64,000 nt of DNA from Eledone cirrhosa (lineage: Eukaryota), in the NCBI GenBank assembly GCA_964016885.1, contig OZ024758.1, forward strand, positions 62,001 through 126,000, read 5' to 3'. The notes under the pieces were generated by a model. It did no database searches. It saw only the letters and a list, made by a program, of their open reading frames with translations, and was not told the DNA's origin. Made by a program: the position numbers and the translations under genes. The stretch's first letter is position 1. The number at the start of each line of letters is the position of its first letter. Below, in pieces: positions 27,014 through 42,675 of this stretch.

Positions 27014-30000
27014 TACAAATATATATATGCGTACGAAAGTGTGGTTACATGATGCCTATGCGAGATGTGCGACCCTGCATGGTAGTGAAACATGGACAGC
27101 AACTGCAGAGGGTATGCGATGGCTGGAGAGAAATGAAGCAAGCACGCTCCGTTGGATGTGCAATGTCAATGTGCGGGAACGACCAAGCATAAACGAGTTG
27201 AGAGAGAAACTGTGTTTAAGAGGGATAAGTTGTGGTGTGCAAGAGAGGACTGAGATGGTATGGGCATGTGATGCGCATGGAGGTTGAGCGCTGGGTAAAG
27301 AAGGGAGACGCAGTAGAGGAAGACCACGAAAAACATGGGTGGAGGTGGTGAGAGCCGACTTCAGATCGCTGAAACTCACCAAGGAGATGACGAAGGACCG
27401 TGACAAGTGAAGAGATGCTTTGCTCAAGAGGACCTGTCCCACCCTTTCAAGCAGGGAAAAGCGGACGTAAAATGATGAACAGACGATGATAATGATGCTC
27501 TCTATATATCTATCTCTCTATCAATCTATCCAGATATCTGTGCATCAGTCTATCTATTTACCTATAAACACCCTCCTCACTCCGTCTCAGGATCACCGAG
27601 ACATCACCAACAACCAACCCACGCTGTGGGAAACAGTCCTCCCCGGGGCACACCCTGCTACTTCACACCATCTGTCTGTCTCGCTGCCTAACTACCGAGA
27701 AATCCGGCTTCTGTGCTTGCCTAATTTGTAGGTTATTAGGCAGTTGGCAGGTTTGCGGAAGTTGGTTTTGCAAATGGTTAAAACACTTGCATCACAAAAT
27801 TCAAATAGCATCACTCCTTGTTTTATCTTTCTCGTCTTTACCTAGGCCTGCATAAGTTAGTGTTACGGTTAGTGTTACTGTTAGCGTTACGACTAGTTTT
27901 AGGGTTAATTGAGAGCAAGAAACTGCTGCTAGGTAAAGACAAGAAATTCTGCATTTACAAGCAATTTTTACAAACAGCCACAATGACAGGACGGAGACAT
28001 CGTTATGCTAGCAGGGGATTTCAATGGTCATGTTGGACAGCTCTACGATGGTTACACTGAGGTACATGTTGGGCACACTTACGGCTTAAGAAATGAAGCA
28101 GTGAAACTTCTTGAATTTTGCAATGCAATTGCACTAACCATCTACAACACTAACTTACACAAATCTGCCAACCACCTAATAACCTACAAATCAGGCAAGC
28201 ACATAAGCCAGATTGACTTCTTGCTAGTTAGGCAGCGGGACAGGCAGATGGTGTCAAATGCAAAGGCATACCCCGGGGAAGAATGTACCCCACAGCATAG
28301 GTTAGTCGTTAGTGATATCTCATTAAGCAAGAGACTGAATGAGACATACAGGAAGGTGTGGAAAAAAGAAAGGTCTGGAAGCTAAAAGAGCTCTCACTAA
28401 AATACAAATTTAGGAAAGCCCTTCAATATGTGTATGATGAAAAAGAAGACGATTTAGAGTCGTACAACATAGATGATAACTGGAATTTCTTATGCGATAC
28501 CTTACTGCAGGTTACTGATGAAACTTGTGGCTGGATCAGAGTTCCAACCAGACAGAGAGTGACATGGTGGTGGGACAGCACGGTAGATCGGGCCATTGGA
28601 GACTAAAGACTAGCATGGAATGCTTGCAAAATTAGTGCGAGTAGAGAAGAATATACAGCCGCTAAGAGAGAAGCTAGACGTCAGGTGTACTTAGCATGCA
28701 AGGAGGCTGCTCGACGACGTGCGCTGTTCCGTACTGCAAGGCAGTGTGTCAGTGCAAATCGGGATTAAGTCTGTCCGCAATGATGCCGCTGTACTTTGTG
28801 TCACGAATGAGTGTTGATGAGTAGAAAAGAGGACAAAACTCTATTCCGTCAGGGAAATGGCCATGTTCGATATGCAGAAACGGAACTGGCATAAATTATA
28901 TAAAACGTACACAAAAGATCGAGTGCGATAGCAGGCACGTAGTGGGATAGCAGGCAAACTAACAGCATATTTTGATTATAATAAAACAAATAATAATAGT
29001 AATAATAATAATAATAATAATCGTCATTGTTCTTTTCTTCTGTGCCTTTCTTTGCCTTCTCTGTCATCTGAATAACAAAAATAAAAGAAAAAAAGAATCT
29101 TAAACATATGTTGCCTTTACAAAGTGCTGTGATCAAAGTAGCTTTTAAGCAATTTCCTAACTAACAAACAACATCAACAAAATATATACAAATATCTTTG
29201 AATGTCAAGTCCACCAAGAGAAAATAGTCATAATGTACTTACAGATACAATGCTAGGGACTCGCATCAATGAGTTTTAGTAGAAAATGACTGACTGACTG
29301 TTGAGGGGACAGAGGTGTGTTTTCAAATATTTATCAATTCACAACAAAGCCTCACAAAGCTACATCATAATGCAAACTCACAACACCCTTCTTATGCAAC
29401 CTCACCAAGCAACCCCACAACACAACCTCACGTTCACAATTCACAACACTCAACAAGGCATTCGTTATCTAGGGTTTACAGTAAACATAGCGAGGTAAGA
29501 CACACCCAGTACACTCTGTAAAGTGGTCATTAGGTTAAGATTAAACTGAAATCATACCTCCATTGTCGTTGGCGTATATTTTCTCTAAAACTTAATTTCA
29601 TTGCTTTCATTTCTCTTCTTTTTCTTCTATTCCATCTAAATATGAAAAAAAAATTATACAGGTCATTTCGTCTTATCAAGAGGTCCATTTAAAATTGAGA
29701 TTAACGAATATAGGGTCCAAGAGGCGATTAAGGAATTGAAAAATGGTGAGGCTGCTGGACCATCGGAGATAGTTGCTGAGATGCTGAAGGCCTCAGGGGA
29801 CGTAGGCACTAAACTGGTTGCACACATCATCAATCAGGCTATATATGGCAGTGTCATACCCAAAGACTAGTGCAAAAGTAAAGGGGACGCTCTTGAGAGG
29901 AGAAATTATAGGGATATAAAACTGATGGATCAGGTTATGAAAGTGGCAGAAAGGATATTAGCACAACTAATTAGAGAAAGGGTCAAACTAGATGAGATGC

Positions 30001-30335
30001 AGTTTGGTTTTGTGCCTGGGAATAGTACAACAGATGCCCTCTTCTTGATGAGACAATTACAAGAGAGGTTCTTAGAGAAAAATAAGCCACTATACTTAGC
30101 CTTTGTTGACCTAGAGAAGGCCTTTGATAGGGTACGCCGATCTGTCATCTTATTATTTAACCTATAAATGGGGCCCCAACAGGTACTACTACACCAGGCC
30201 AGAGCAGACCTGGGAGTTATGACAACTAAGGGGGTAACTCCATGTTCCCCACAGTTCCTCCTGAACTTGAGCCTTGCCACTGGATGTAGTTTAATGTCAT
30301 ACCCAGGACAAATATATACATACATATATATACAT

Positions 30336-30376
<41 letters not shown>

Positions 30377-33300
30377 TACAAATATATATATGCGTACGAA
30401 AGTGTGGTTACATGATGCCTATGCGAGATGTGCGACCCTGCATGGTAGTGAAACATGGACAGCAACTGCAGAGGGTATGCGATGGCTGGAGAGAAATGAA
30501 GCAAGCACGCTCCGTTGGATGTGCAATGTCAATGTGCGGGAACGACCAAGCATAAACGAGTTGAGAGAGAAACTGTGTTTAAGAGGGATAAGTTGTGGTG
30601 TGCAAGAGAGGACTGAGATGGTATGGGCATGTGATGCGCATGGAGGTTGAGCGCTGGGTAAAGAAGGGAGACGCAGTAGAGGAAGACCACGAAAAACATG
30701 GGTGGAGGTGGTGAGAGCCGACTTCAGATCGCTGAAACTCACCAAGGAGATGACGAAGGACCGTGACAAGTGAAGAGATGCTTTGCTCAAGAGGACCTGT
30801 CCCACCCTTTCAAGCAGGGAAAAGCGGACGTAAAATGATGAACAGACGATGATAATGATGCTCTCTATATATCTATCTCTCTATCAATCTATCCAGATAT
30901 CTGTGCATCAGTCTATCTATTTACCTATAAACACCCTCCTCACTCCGTCTCAGGATCACCGAGACATCACCAACAACCAACCCACGCTGTGGGAAACAGT
31001 CCTCCCCGGGGCACACCCTGCTACTTCACACCATCTGTCTGTCTCGCTGCCTAACTACCGAGAAATCCGGCTTCTGTGCTTGCCTAATTTGTAGGTTATT
31101 AGGCAGTTGGCAGGTTTGCGGAAGTTGGTTTTGCAAATGGTTAAAACACTTGCATCACAAAATTCAAATAGCATCACTCCTTGTTTTATCTTTCTCGTCT
31201 TTACCTAGGCCTGCATAAGTTAGTGTTACGGTTAGTGTTACTGTTAGCGTTACGACTAGTTTTAGGGTTAATTGAGAGCAAGAAACTGCTGCTAGGTAAA
31301 GACAAGAAATTCTGCATTTACAAGCAATTTTTACAAACAGCCACAATGACAGGACGGAGACATCGTTATGCTAGCAGGGGATTTCAATGGTCATGTTGGA
31401 CAGCTCTACGATGGTTACACTGAGGTACATGTTGGGCACACTTACGGCTTAAGAAATGAAGCAGTGAAACTTCTTGAATTTTGCAATGCAATTGCACTAA
31501 CCATCTACAACACTAACTTACACAAATCTGCCAACCACCTAATAACCTACAAATCAGGCAAGCACATAAGCCAGATTGACTTCTTGCTAGTTAGGCAGCG
31601 GGACAGGCAGATGGTGTCAAATGCAAAGGCATACCCCGGGGAAGAATGTACCCCACAGCATAGGTTAGTCGTTAGTGATATCTCATTAAGCAAGAGACTG
31701 AATGAGACATACAGGAAGGTGTGGAAAAAAGAAAGGTCTGGAAGCTAAAAGAGCTCTCACTAAAATACAAATTTAGGAAAGCCCTTCAATATGTGTATGA
31801 TGAAAAAGAAGACGATTTAGAGTCGTACAACATAGATGATAACTGGAATTTCTTATGCGATACCTTACTGCAGGTTACTGATGAAACTTGTGGCTGGATC
31901 AGAGTTCCAACCAGACAGAGAGTGACATGGTGGTGGGACAGCACGGTAGATCGGGCCATTGGAGACTAAAGACTAGCATGGAATGCTTGCAAAATTAGTG
32001 CGAGTAGAGAAGAATATACAGCCGCTAAGAGAGAAGCTAGACGTCAGGTGTACTTAGCATGCAAGGAGGCTGCTCGACGACGTGCGCTGTTCCGTACTGC
32101 AAGGCAGTGTGTCAGTGCAAATCGGGATTAAGTCTGTCCGCAATGATGCCGCTGTACTTTGTGTCACGAATGAGTGTTGATGAGTAGAAAAGAGGACAAA
32201 ACTCTATTCCGTCAGGGAAATGGCCATGTTCGATATGCAGAAACGGAACTGGCATAAATTATATAAAACGTACACAAAAGATCGAGTGCGATAGCAGGCA
32301 CGTAGTGGGATAGCAGGCAAACTAACAGCATATTTTGATTATAATAAAACAAATAATAATAGTAATAATAATAATAATAATAATCGTCATTGTTCTTTTC
32401 TTCTGTGCCTTTCTTTGCCTTCTCTGTCATCTGAATAACAAAAATAAAAGAAAAAAAGAATCTTAAACATATGTTGCCTTTACAAAGTGCTGTGATCAAA
32501 GTAGCTTTTAAGCAATTTCCTAACTAACAAACAACATCAACAAAATATATACAAATATCTTTGAATGTCAAGTCCACCAAGAGAAAATAGTCATAATGTA
32601 CTTACAGATACAATGCTAGGGACTCGCATCAATGAGTTTTAGTAGAAAATGACTGACTGACTGTTGAGGGGACAGAGGTGTGTTTTCAAATATTTATCAA
32701 TTCACAACAAAGCCTCACAAAGCTACATCATAATGCAAACTCACAACACCCTTCTTATGCAACCTCACCAAGCAACCCCACAACACAACCTCACGTTCAC
32801 AATTCACAACACTCAACAAGGCATTCGTTATCTAGGGTTTACAGTAAACATAGCGAGGTAAGACACACCCAGTACACTCTGTAAAGTGGTCATTAGGTTA
32901 AGATTAAACTGAAATCATACCTCCATTGTCGTTGGCGTATATTTTCTCTAAAACTTAATTTCATTGCTTTCATTTCTCTTCTTTTTCTTCTATTCCATCT
33001 AAATATGAAAAAAAAATTATACAGGTCATTTCGTCTTATCAAGAGGTCCATTTAAAATTGAGATTAACGAATATAGGGTCCAAGAGGCGATTAAGGAATT
33101 GAAAAATGGTGAGGCTGCTGGACCATCGGAGATAGTTGCTGAGATGCTGAAGGCCTCAGGGGACGTAGGCACTAAACTGGTTGCACACATCATCAATCAG
33201 GCTATATATGGCAGTGTCATACCCAAAGACTAGTGCAAAAGTAAAGGGGACGCTCTTGAGAGGAGAAATTATAGGGATATAAAACTGATGGATCAGGTTA

Positions 33301-33698
33301 TGAAAGTGGCAGAAAGGATATTAGCACAACTAATTAGAGAAAGGGTCAAACTAGATGAGATGCAGTTTGGTTTTGTGCCTGGGAATAGTACAACAGATGC
33401 CCTCTTCTTGATGAGACAATTACAAGAGAGGTTCTTAGAGAAAAATAAGCCACTATACTTAGCCTTTGTTGACCTAGAGAAGGCCTTTGATAGGGTACGC
33501 CGATCTGTCATCTTATTATTTAACCTATAAATGGGGCCCCAACAGGTACTACTACACCAGGCCAGAGCAGACCTGGGAGTTATGACAACTAAGGGGGTAA
33601 CTCCATGTTCCCCACAGTTCCTCCTGAACTTGAGCCTTGCCACTGGATGTAGTTTAATGTCATACCCAGGACAAATATATACATACATATATATACAT

Positions 33699-33739
<41 letters not shown>

Positions 33740-36407
33740 TACAAATATATATATGCGTACGAAAGTGTGGTTACATGATGCCTATGCGAGATGTGCGACC
33801 CTGCATGGTAGTGAAACATGGACAGCAACTGCAGAGGGTATGCGATGGCTGGAGAGAAATGAAGCAAGCACGCTCCGTTGGATGTGCAATGTCAATGTGC
33901 GGGAACGACCAAGCATAAACGAGTTGAGAGAGAAACTGTGTTTAAGAGGGATAAGTTGTGGTGTGCAAGAGAGGACTGAGATGGTATGGGCATGTGATGC
34001 GCATGGAGGTTGAGCGCTGGGTAAAGAAGGGAGACGCAGTAGAGGAAGACCACGAAAAACATGGGTGGAGGTGGTGAGAGCCGACTTCAGATCGCTGAAA
34101 CTCACCAAGGAGATGACGAAGGACCGTGACAAGTGAAGAGATGCTTTGCTCAAGAGGACCTGTCCCACCCTTTCAAGCAGGGAAAAGCGGACGTAAAATG
34201 ATGAACAGACGATGATAATGATGCTCTCTATATATCTATCTCTCTATCAATCTATCCAGATATCTGTGCATCAGTCTATCTATTTACCTATAAACACCCT
34301 CCTCACTCCGTCTCAGGATCACCGAGACATCACCAACAACCAACCCACGCTGTGGGAAACAGTCCTCCCCGGGGCACACCCTGCTACTTCACACCATCTG
34401 TCTGTCTCGCTGCCTAACTACCGAGAAATCCGGCTTCTGTGCTTGCCTAATTTGTAGGTTATTAGGCAGTTGGCAGGTTTGCGGAAGTTGGTTTTGCAAA
34501 TGGTTAAAACACTTGCATCACGAAATTCAAATAGCATCACTCCTTGTTTTATCTTTCTCGTCTTTACCCAGGCCTGCATAAGTTAGTGTTACGGTTAGTG
34601 TTACTGTTAGCGTTACGGCTAGTTTTAGGGTTAATTGAGAGCAAGAAACTGCTGCTAGGTAAAGACAAGAAATTCTGCATTTACAAGCAATTTTTACAAA
34701 CAGCCACAATGACAGGACGGAGACATCGTTATGCTAGCAGGGGATTTCAATGGTCATGTTGGACAGCTCTACGATGGTTACACCGAGGTACATGTTGGGC
34801 ACACTTACGGCTTAAGAAATGAAGCAGTGAAACTTCTTGAATTTTGCGATGCAATTGCACTAACCATCTACAACACTAACTTACACAAATCTGCCAACCA
34901 CCTAATAACCTACAAATCAGGCAAGCACATAAGCCAGATTGACTTCTTGCTAGTTAGGCAGCGGGACAGGCAGATGGTGTCAAATACAAAGGCATACCCC
35001 GGGGAAGAATGTACCCCACAGCATAGGTTAGTCGTTAGTGATATCTCATTAAGCAAGAGACTGAATGAGACATACAGGAAGGTGTGGAAAAAAGAAAGGT
35101 CTGGAAGCTAAAAGAGCTCTCACTAAAATACAAATTTAGGAAAGCCCTTCAATATGTGTATGATGAAAAAGAAGACGATTTAGAGTCGTACAACATAGAT
35201 GATAACTGGAATTTCTTATGCGATACCTTACCGCAGGTTACTGATGAAACTTGTGGCTGGATCAGAGTTCCAACCAGACAGAGAGTGACATGGTGGTGGG
35301 ACAGCACGGTAGATCGGGCCATTGGAGACTAAAGACTAGCATGGAATGCTTGCAAAATTAGTGCGAGTAGAGAAGAATATACAGCCGCTAAGAGAGAAGC
35401 TAGACGTCAGGTGTACTTAGCATGCAAGGAGGCTGCTCGACGACGTGCGCTGTTCCGTACTGCAAGGCAGTGTGTCAGTGAAAATCGGGATTAAGTCTGC
35501 CCGCAATGATGCCGCTGTACTTTGTGTCACGAATGAGTGTTGATGAGTAGAAAAGAGGACAAAACTCTATTCCGTCAGGGAAATGGCCATGTTCGATATG
35601 CAGAAACGGAACTGGCATAAATTATATAAAACGTACACAAAAGATCGAGTGCGATAGCAGGCACGTAGTGGGATAGCAGGCAAACTAACAGCATATTTTG
35701 ATTATAATAAAACAAATAATAATAGTAATAATAATAATAATAATCGTCATTGTTCTTTTCTTCTGTGCCTTTCTTTGCCTTCTCTGTCATCTGAATAACA
35801 AAAATAAAAGAAAAAAAGAATCTTAAACATATGTTGCCTTTACAAAGTGCTGTGATCAAAGTAGCTTTTAAGCAATTTCCTAACTAACAAACAACATCAA
35901 CAAAATATATACAAATATCTTTGAATGTCAAGTCCACCAAGAGAAAATAGTCATAATGTACTTACAGATACAATGCTAGGGACTCGCATCAATGAGTTTT
36001 AGTAGAAAATGACTGACTGACTGTTGAGGGGACAGAGGTGTGTTTTCAAATATTTATCAATTCACAACAAAGCCTCACAAAGCTACATCATAATGCAAAC
36101 TCACAACACCCTTCTTATGCAACCTCACCAAGCAACCCCACAACACAACCTCACGTTCACAATTCACAACACTCAACAAGGCATTCGTTATCTAGGGTTT
36201 ACAGTAAACATAGCGAGGTAAAACACCCAGTACACTCTGTAAAGTGGTCATTAGGTTAAGATTAAACTGAAATCATACCTCCATTGTCGTTGGCGTATAT
36301 TTTCTCTAAAACTTAATTTCATTGCTTTCATTTCTCTTCTTTTTCTTCTATTCCATCTAAATATGAAAAAAAAATTATACAGGTCATTTCGTCTTATCAA
36401 GAGGTCC

Positions 36408-36442
<35 letters not shown>

Positions 36443-39400
36443 GAGATAATACCTTAAAATAATGGTAAAAAAAGTGTTTAATTACGAAAATCCTTTGAAA
36501 TAACTTCCTCGCTCTTACTGGTCATACCTGCAAAACACAAAACACTAGCGTTAGCGTGAACAGTGCAGTGCAGTGCAGTGCAGTGTAATTTAGTATGGTG
36601 CAGTTTAGTGGCACAGTACACTGTAAAACATTTAGCCAATCTCTCAGACATTTACAAATCTTTCAAGATATATATATATATGGGAGAGAGAGAAATTACC
36701 CTCAGTAGATCAGACAGAGGGACCAGCTATTGAGATTGACGAATATAGGGTCCAAGAGGCGATTAAGGAAATGAAAAATGGTGAGGCTGCTGGACCATCG
36801 GAGATAGTTGCTGAGATGCTGAAGGCCTCAGGGGACGTAGGCACTAAACTGGTTGCACACATCATCAATCAGGCTATATATGGCAGTGTCATACCCAAAG
36901 ACTAGTGCAAAAGTAAAGGGGATGCTCTTGAGAGGAGAAATTATAGGGATATAAAACTGATGGATCAGGTTATGAAAGTGGCAGAAAGGATATTAGCACA
37001 ACTAATTAGAGAAAGGGTCAAACTAGATGAGATGCAGTTTGGTTTTGTGCCTGGGAATAGTACAACAGATGCCCTCTTCTTGATGAGACAATTACAAGAG
37101 AGGTTCTTAGAGAAAAATAAGCCACTATACTTAGCCTTTGTTGACCTAGAGAAGGCCTTTGATAGGGTACGCCGATCTGTCATCTTATTATTTAACCTAT
37201 AAATGGGGCCCCAACAGGTACTACTACACCAGGCCAGAGCAGACCTGGGAGTTATGACAACTAAGGGGGTAACTCCACGTTCCCCACAGTTCCTCCTGAA
37301 CTTGAGCCTTGCCACTGGATGTAGTTTAATGTCATACCCAGGACAAATATATACATACATATATATATATACATACACACATATATATATATATATATAT
37401 ACATATATACAAATATATATATGCGTACGAAAGTGTGGTTACATGATGCCTATGCGAGATGTGCGACCCTGCATGGTAGTGAGACATGGACAGCAACTGC
37501 AGAGGGTATGCGATGGCTGGAGAGAAATGAAGCAAGCACGCTCCGTTGGATGTGCAATGTCAATGTGCGGGAACGACCAAGCATAAACGAGTTGAGAGAG
37601 AAACTGTGTTTAAGAGGGATAAGTTGTGGTGTGCAAGAGAGGACTGAGATGGTATGGGCATGTGATGCGCATGGAGGTTGAGCGCTGGGTAAAGAAGGGA
37701 GACGCAGTAGAGGAAGACCACGAAAAACATGGGTGGAGGTGGTGAGAGCCGACTTCAGATCGCTGAAACTCACCAAGGAGATGACGAAGGACCGTGACAA
37801 GTGAAGAGATGCTTTGCTCAAGAGGACCTGTCCCACCCTTTCAAGCAGGGAAAAGCGGACGTAAAATGATGAACAGACGATGATAATGATGCTCTCTATA
37901 TATCTATCTCTCTATCAATCTATCCAGATATCTGTGCATCAGTCTATCTATTTACCTATAAACACCCTCCTCACTCCGTCTCAGGATCACCGAGACATCA
38001 CCAACAACCAACCCACGCTGTGGGAAACAGTCCTCCCCGGGGCACACCCTGCTACTTCACACCATCTGTCTGTCTCGCTGCCTAACTACCGAGAAATCCG
38101 GCTTCTGTGCTTGCCTAATTTGTAGGTTATTAGGCAGTTGGCAGGTTTGCGGAAGTTGGTTTTGCAAATGGTTAAAACACTTGCATCACGAAATTCAAAT
38201 AGCATCACTCCTTGTTTTATCTTTCTCGTCTTTACCCAGGCCTGCATAAGTTAGTGTTACGGTTAGTGTTACTGTTAGCGTTACGGCTAGTTTTAGGGTT
38301 AATTGAGAGCAAGAAACTGCTGCTAGGTAAAGACAAGAAATTCTGCATTTACAAGCAATTTTTACAAACAGCCACAATGACAGGACGGAGACATCGTTAT
38401 GCTAGCAGGGGATTTCAATGGTCATGTTGGACAGCTCTACGATGGTTACACCGAGGTACGTGTTGGGCACACTTACGGCTTAAGAAATGAAGCAGTGAAA
38501 CTTCTTGAATTTTGCGATGCAATTGCACTAACCATCTACAACACTAACTTACACAAATCTGCCAACCACCTAATAACCTACAAATCAGGCAAGCACATAA
38601 GCCAGATTGACTTCTTGCTAGTTAGGCAGCGGGACAGGCAGATGGTGTCAAATACAAAGGCATACCCCGGGGAAGAATGTACCCCAAGCAAGAGACTGAA
38701 TGAGACATACAGGAAGGTGTGGAAAAAAGAAAGGTCTGGAAGCTAAAAGAGCTCTCACTAAAATACAAATTTAGGAAAGCCCTTCAATACGTGTATGATG
38801 AAAAAGAAGACGATTTAGAGTCGTACAACATAGATGATAACTGGAATTTCTTATGCGATACCTTACTGCAGGTTACTGATGAAACTTGTGGCTGGATCAG
38901 AGTTCCAACCAGACAGAGAGTGACATGGTGGTGGGACAGCACGGTAGATCGGGCCATTGGAGACTAAAGACTAGCATGGAATGCTTGCAAAATTAGTGCG
39001 AGTAGAGAAGAATATACAGCCGCTAAGAGAGAAGCTAGACGTCAGGTGTACTTAGCATGCAAGGAGGCTGCTCGACGACGTGCGCTGTTCCGTACTGCAA
39101 GGCAGTGTGTCAGTGCAAATCGGGATTAAGTCTGTCCGCAATGATGCCGCTGTACTTTGTGTCACGAATGAGTGTTGATGAGTAGAAAAGAGGACAAAAC
39201 TCTATTCCGTCAGGGAAATGGCCATGTTCGATATGCAGAAACGGAACTGGCATAAATTATATAAAACGTACACAAAAGATCGAGTGCGATAGCAGGCACG
39301 TAGTGGGATAGCAGGCAAACTAACAGCATATTTTGATTATAATAAAACAAATAATAATAGTAATAATAATAATAATAATCGTCATTGTTCTTTTCTTCTG

Positions 39401-40042
39401 TGCCTTTCTTTGCCTTCTCTGTCATCTGAATAACAAAAATAAAAGAAAAAAAGAATCTTAAACATATGTTGCCTTTACAAAGTGCTGTGATCAAAGTAGC
39501 TTTTAAGCAATTTCCTAACTAACAAACAACATCAACAAAATATATACAAATATCTTTGAATGTCAAGTCCACCAAGAGAAAATAGTCATAATGTACTTAC
39601 AGATACAATGCTAGGGACTCGCATCAATGAGTTTTAGTAGAAAATGACTGACTGACTGTTGAGGGGACAGAGGTGTGTTTTCAAATATTTATCAATTCAC
39701 AACAAAGCCTCACAAAGCTACATCATAATGCAAACTCACAACACCCTTCTTATGCAACCTCACCAAGCAACCCCACAACACAACCTCACGTTCACAATTC
39801 ACAACACTCAACAAGGCATTCGTTATCTAGGGTTTACAGTAAACATAGCGAGGTAAAACACCCAGTACACTCTGTAAAGTGGTCATTAGGTTAAGATTAA
39901 ACTGAAATCATACCTCCATTGTCGTTGGCGTATATTTTCTCTAAAACTTAATTTCATTGCTTTCATTTCTCTTCTTTTTCTTCTATTCCATCTAAATATG
40001 AAAAAAAAATTATACAGGTCATTTCGTCTTATCAAGAGGTCC

Positions 40043-40077
<35 letters not shown>

Positions 40078-42675
40078 GAGATAATACCTTAAAATAATGG
40101 TAAAAAAAGTGTTTAATTACGAAAATCCTTTGAAATAACTTCCTCGCTCTTACTGGTCATACCTGCAAAACACAAAACACTAGCGTTAGCGTGAACAGTG
40201 CAGTGCAGTGCAGTGCAGTGTAATTTAGTATGGTGCAGTTTAGTGGCACAGTACACTGTAAAACATTTAGCCAATCTCTCAGACATTTACAAATCTTTCA
40301 AGATATATATATATATGGGAGAGAGAGAAATTACCCTCAGTAGATCAGACAGAGGGACCAGCTATTGAGATTGACGAATATAGGGTCCAAGAGGCGATTA
40401 AGGAAATGAAAAATGGTGAGGCTGCTGGACCATCGGAGATAGTTGCTGAGATGCTGAAGGCCTCAGGGGACGTAGGCACTAAACTGGTTGCACACATCAT
40501 CAATCAGGCTATATATGGCAGTGTCATACCCAAAGACTAGTGCAAAAGTAAAGGGGATGCTCTTGAGAGGAGAAATTATAGGGATATAAAACTGATGGAT
40601 CAGGTTATGAAAGTGGCAGAAAGGATATTAGCACAACTAATTAGAGAAAGGGTCAAACTAGATGAGATGCAGTTTGGTTTTGTGCCTGGGAATAGTACAA
40701 CAGATGCCCTCTTCTTGATGAGACAATTACAAGAGAGGTTCTTAGAGAAAAATAAGCCACTATACTTAGCCTTTGTTGACCTAGAGAAGGCCTTTGATAG
40801 GGTACGCCGATCTGTCATCTTATTATTTAACCTATAAATGGGGCCCCAACAGGTACTACTACACCAGGCCAGAGCAGACCTGGGAGTTATGACAACTAAG
40901 GGGGTAACTCCACGTTCCCCACAGTTCCTCCTGAACTTGAGCCTTGCCACTGGATGTAGTTTAATGTCATACCCAGGACAAATATATACATACATATATA
41001 TATATACATACACACATATATATATATATATATATACATATATACAAATATATATATGCGTACGAAAGTGTGGTTACATGATGCCTATGCGAGATGTGCG
41101 ACCCTGCATGGTAGTGAGACATGGACAGCAACTGCAGAGGGTATGCGATGGCTGGAGAGAAATGAAGCAAGCACGCTCCGTTGGATGTGCAATGTCAATG
41201 TGCGGGAACGACCAAGCATAAACGAGTTGAGAGAGAAACTGTGTTTAAGAGGGATAAGTTGTGGTGTGCAAGAGAGGACTGAGATGGTATGGGCATGTGA
41301 TGCGCATGGAGGTTGAGCGCTGGGTAAAGAAGGGAGACGCAGTAGAGGAAGACCACGAAAAACATGGGTGGAGGTGGTGAGAGCCGACTTCAGATCGCTG
41401 AAACTCACCAAGGAGATGACGAAGGACCGTGACAAGTGAAGAGATGCTTTGCTCAAGAGGACCTGTCCCACCCTTTCAAGCAGGGAAAAGCGGACGTAAA
41501 ATGATGAACAGACGATGATAATGATGCTCTCTATATATCTATCTCTCTATCAATCTATCCAGATATCTGTGCATCAGTCTATCTATTTACCTATAAACAC
41601 CCTCCTCACTCCGTCTCAGGATCACCGAGACATCACCAACAACCAACCCACGCTGTGGGAAACAGTCCTCCCCGGGGCACACCCTGCTACTTCACACCAT
41701 CTGTCTGTCTCGCTGCCTAACTACCGAGAAATCCGGCTTCTGTGCTTGCCTAATTTGTAGGTTATTAGGCAGTTGGCAGGTTTGCGGAAGTTGGTTTTGC
41801 AAATGGTTAAAACACTTGCATCACGAAATTCAAATAGCATCACTCCTTGTTTTATCTTTCTCGTCTTTACCCAGGCCTGCATAAGTTAGTGTTACGGTTA
41901 GTGTTACTGTTAGCGTTACGGCTAGTTTTAGGGTTAATTGAGAGCAAGAAACTGCTGCTAGGTAAAGACAAGAAATTCTGCATTTACAAGCAATTTTTAC
42001 AAACAGCCACAATGACAGGACGGAGACATCGTTATGCTAGCAGGGGATTTCAATGGTCATGTTGGACAGCTCTACGATGGTTACACCGAGGTACGTGTTG
42101 GGCACACTTACGGCTTAAGAAATGAAGCAGTGAAACTTCTTGAATTTTGCGATGCAATTGCACTAACCATCTACAACACTAACTTACACAAATCTGCCAA
42201 CCACCTAATAACCTACAAATCAGGCAAGCACATAAGCCAGATTGACTTCTTGCTAGTTAGGCAGCGGGACAGGCAGATGGTGTCAAATACAAAGGCATAC
42301 CCCGGGGAAGAATGTACCCCAAGCAAGAGACTGAATGAGACATACAGGAAGGTGTGGAAAAAAGAAAGGTCTGGAAGCTAAAAGAGCTCTCACTAAAATA
42401 CAAATTTAGGAAAGCCCTTCAATACGTGTATGATGAAAAAGAAGACGATTTAGAGTCGTACAACATAGATGATAACTGGAATTTCTTATGCGATACCTTA
42501 CTGCAGGTTACTGATGAAACTTGTGGCTGGATCAGAGTTCCAACCAGACAGAGAGTGACATGGTGGTGGGACAGCACGGTAGATCGGGCCATTGGAGACT
42601 AAAGACTAGCATGGAATGCTTGCAAAATTAGTGCGAGTAGAGAAGAATATACAGCCGCTAAGAGAGAAGCTAGAG

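Larger units (their letters stand above)
1..42675 (+). repeat. Large tandem array (macrosatellite), ~12.7 units of 3.3-3.7 kb; runs off the left edge of the window
   Basis: The same ORF set recurs at 310, 3673, 7036, 10399, 13762, 17125, 20793, 24123, 27486, 30849, 34212, 37880 and 41515. Spacings are 3363x5, 3668, 3330, 3363x3, 3668 and 3635. Identity with the unit drops at ~42675. Confidence 0.99.

Noticed and set aside
1-42675. CRISPR-like or retron/DGR-like system (repeats plus RT)
   Set aside because: Units are kb-sized with no unique spacers, the RT is a broken eukaryotic non-LTR RT, and no cas or accessory genes are present.
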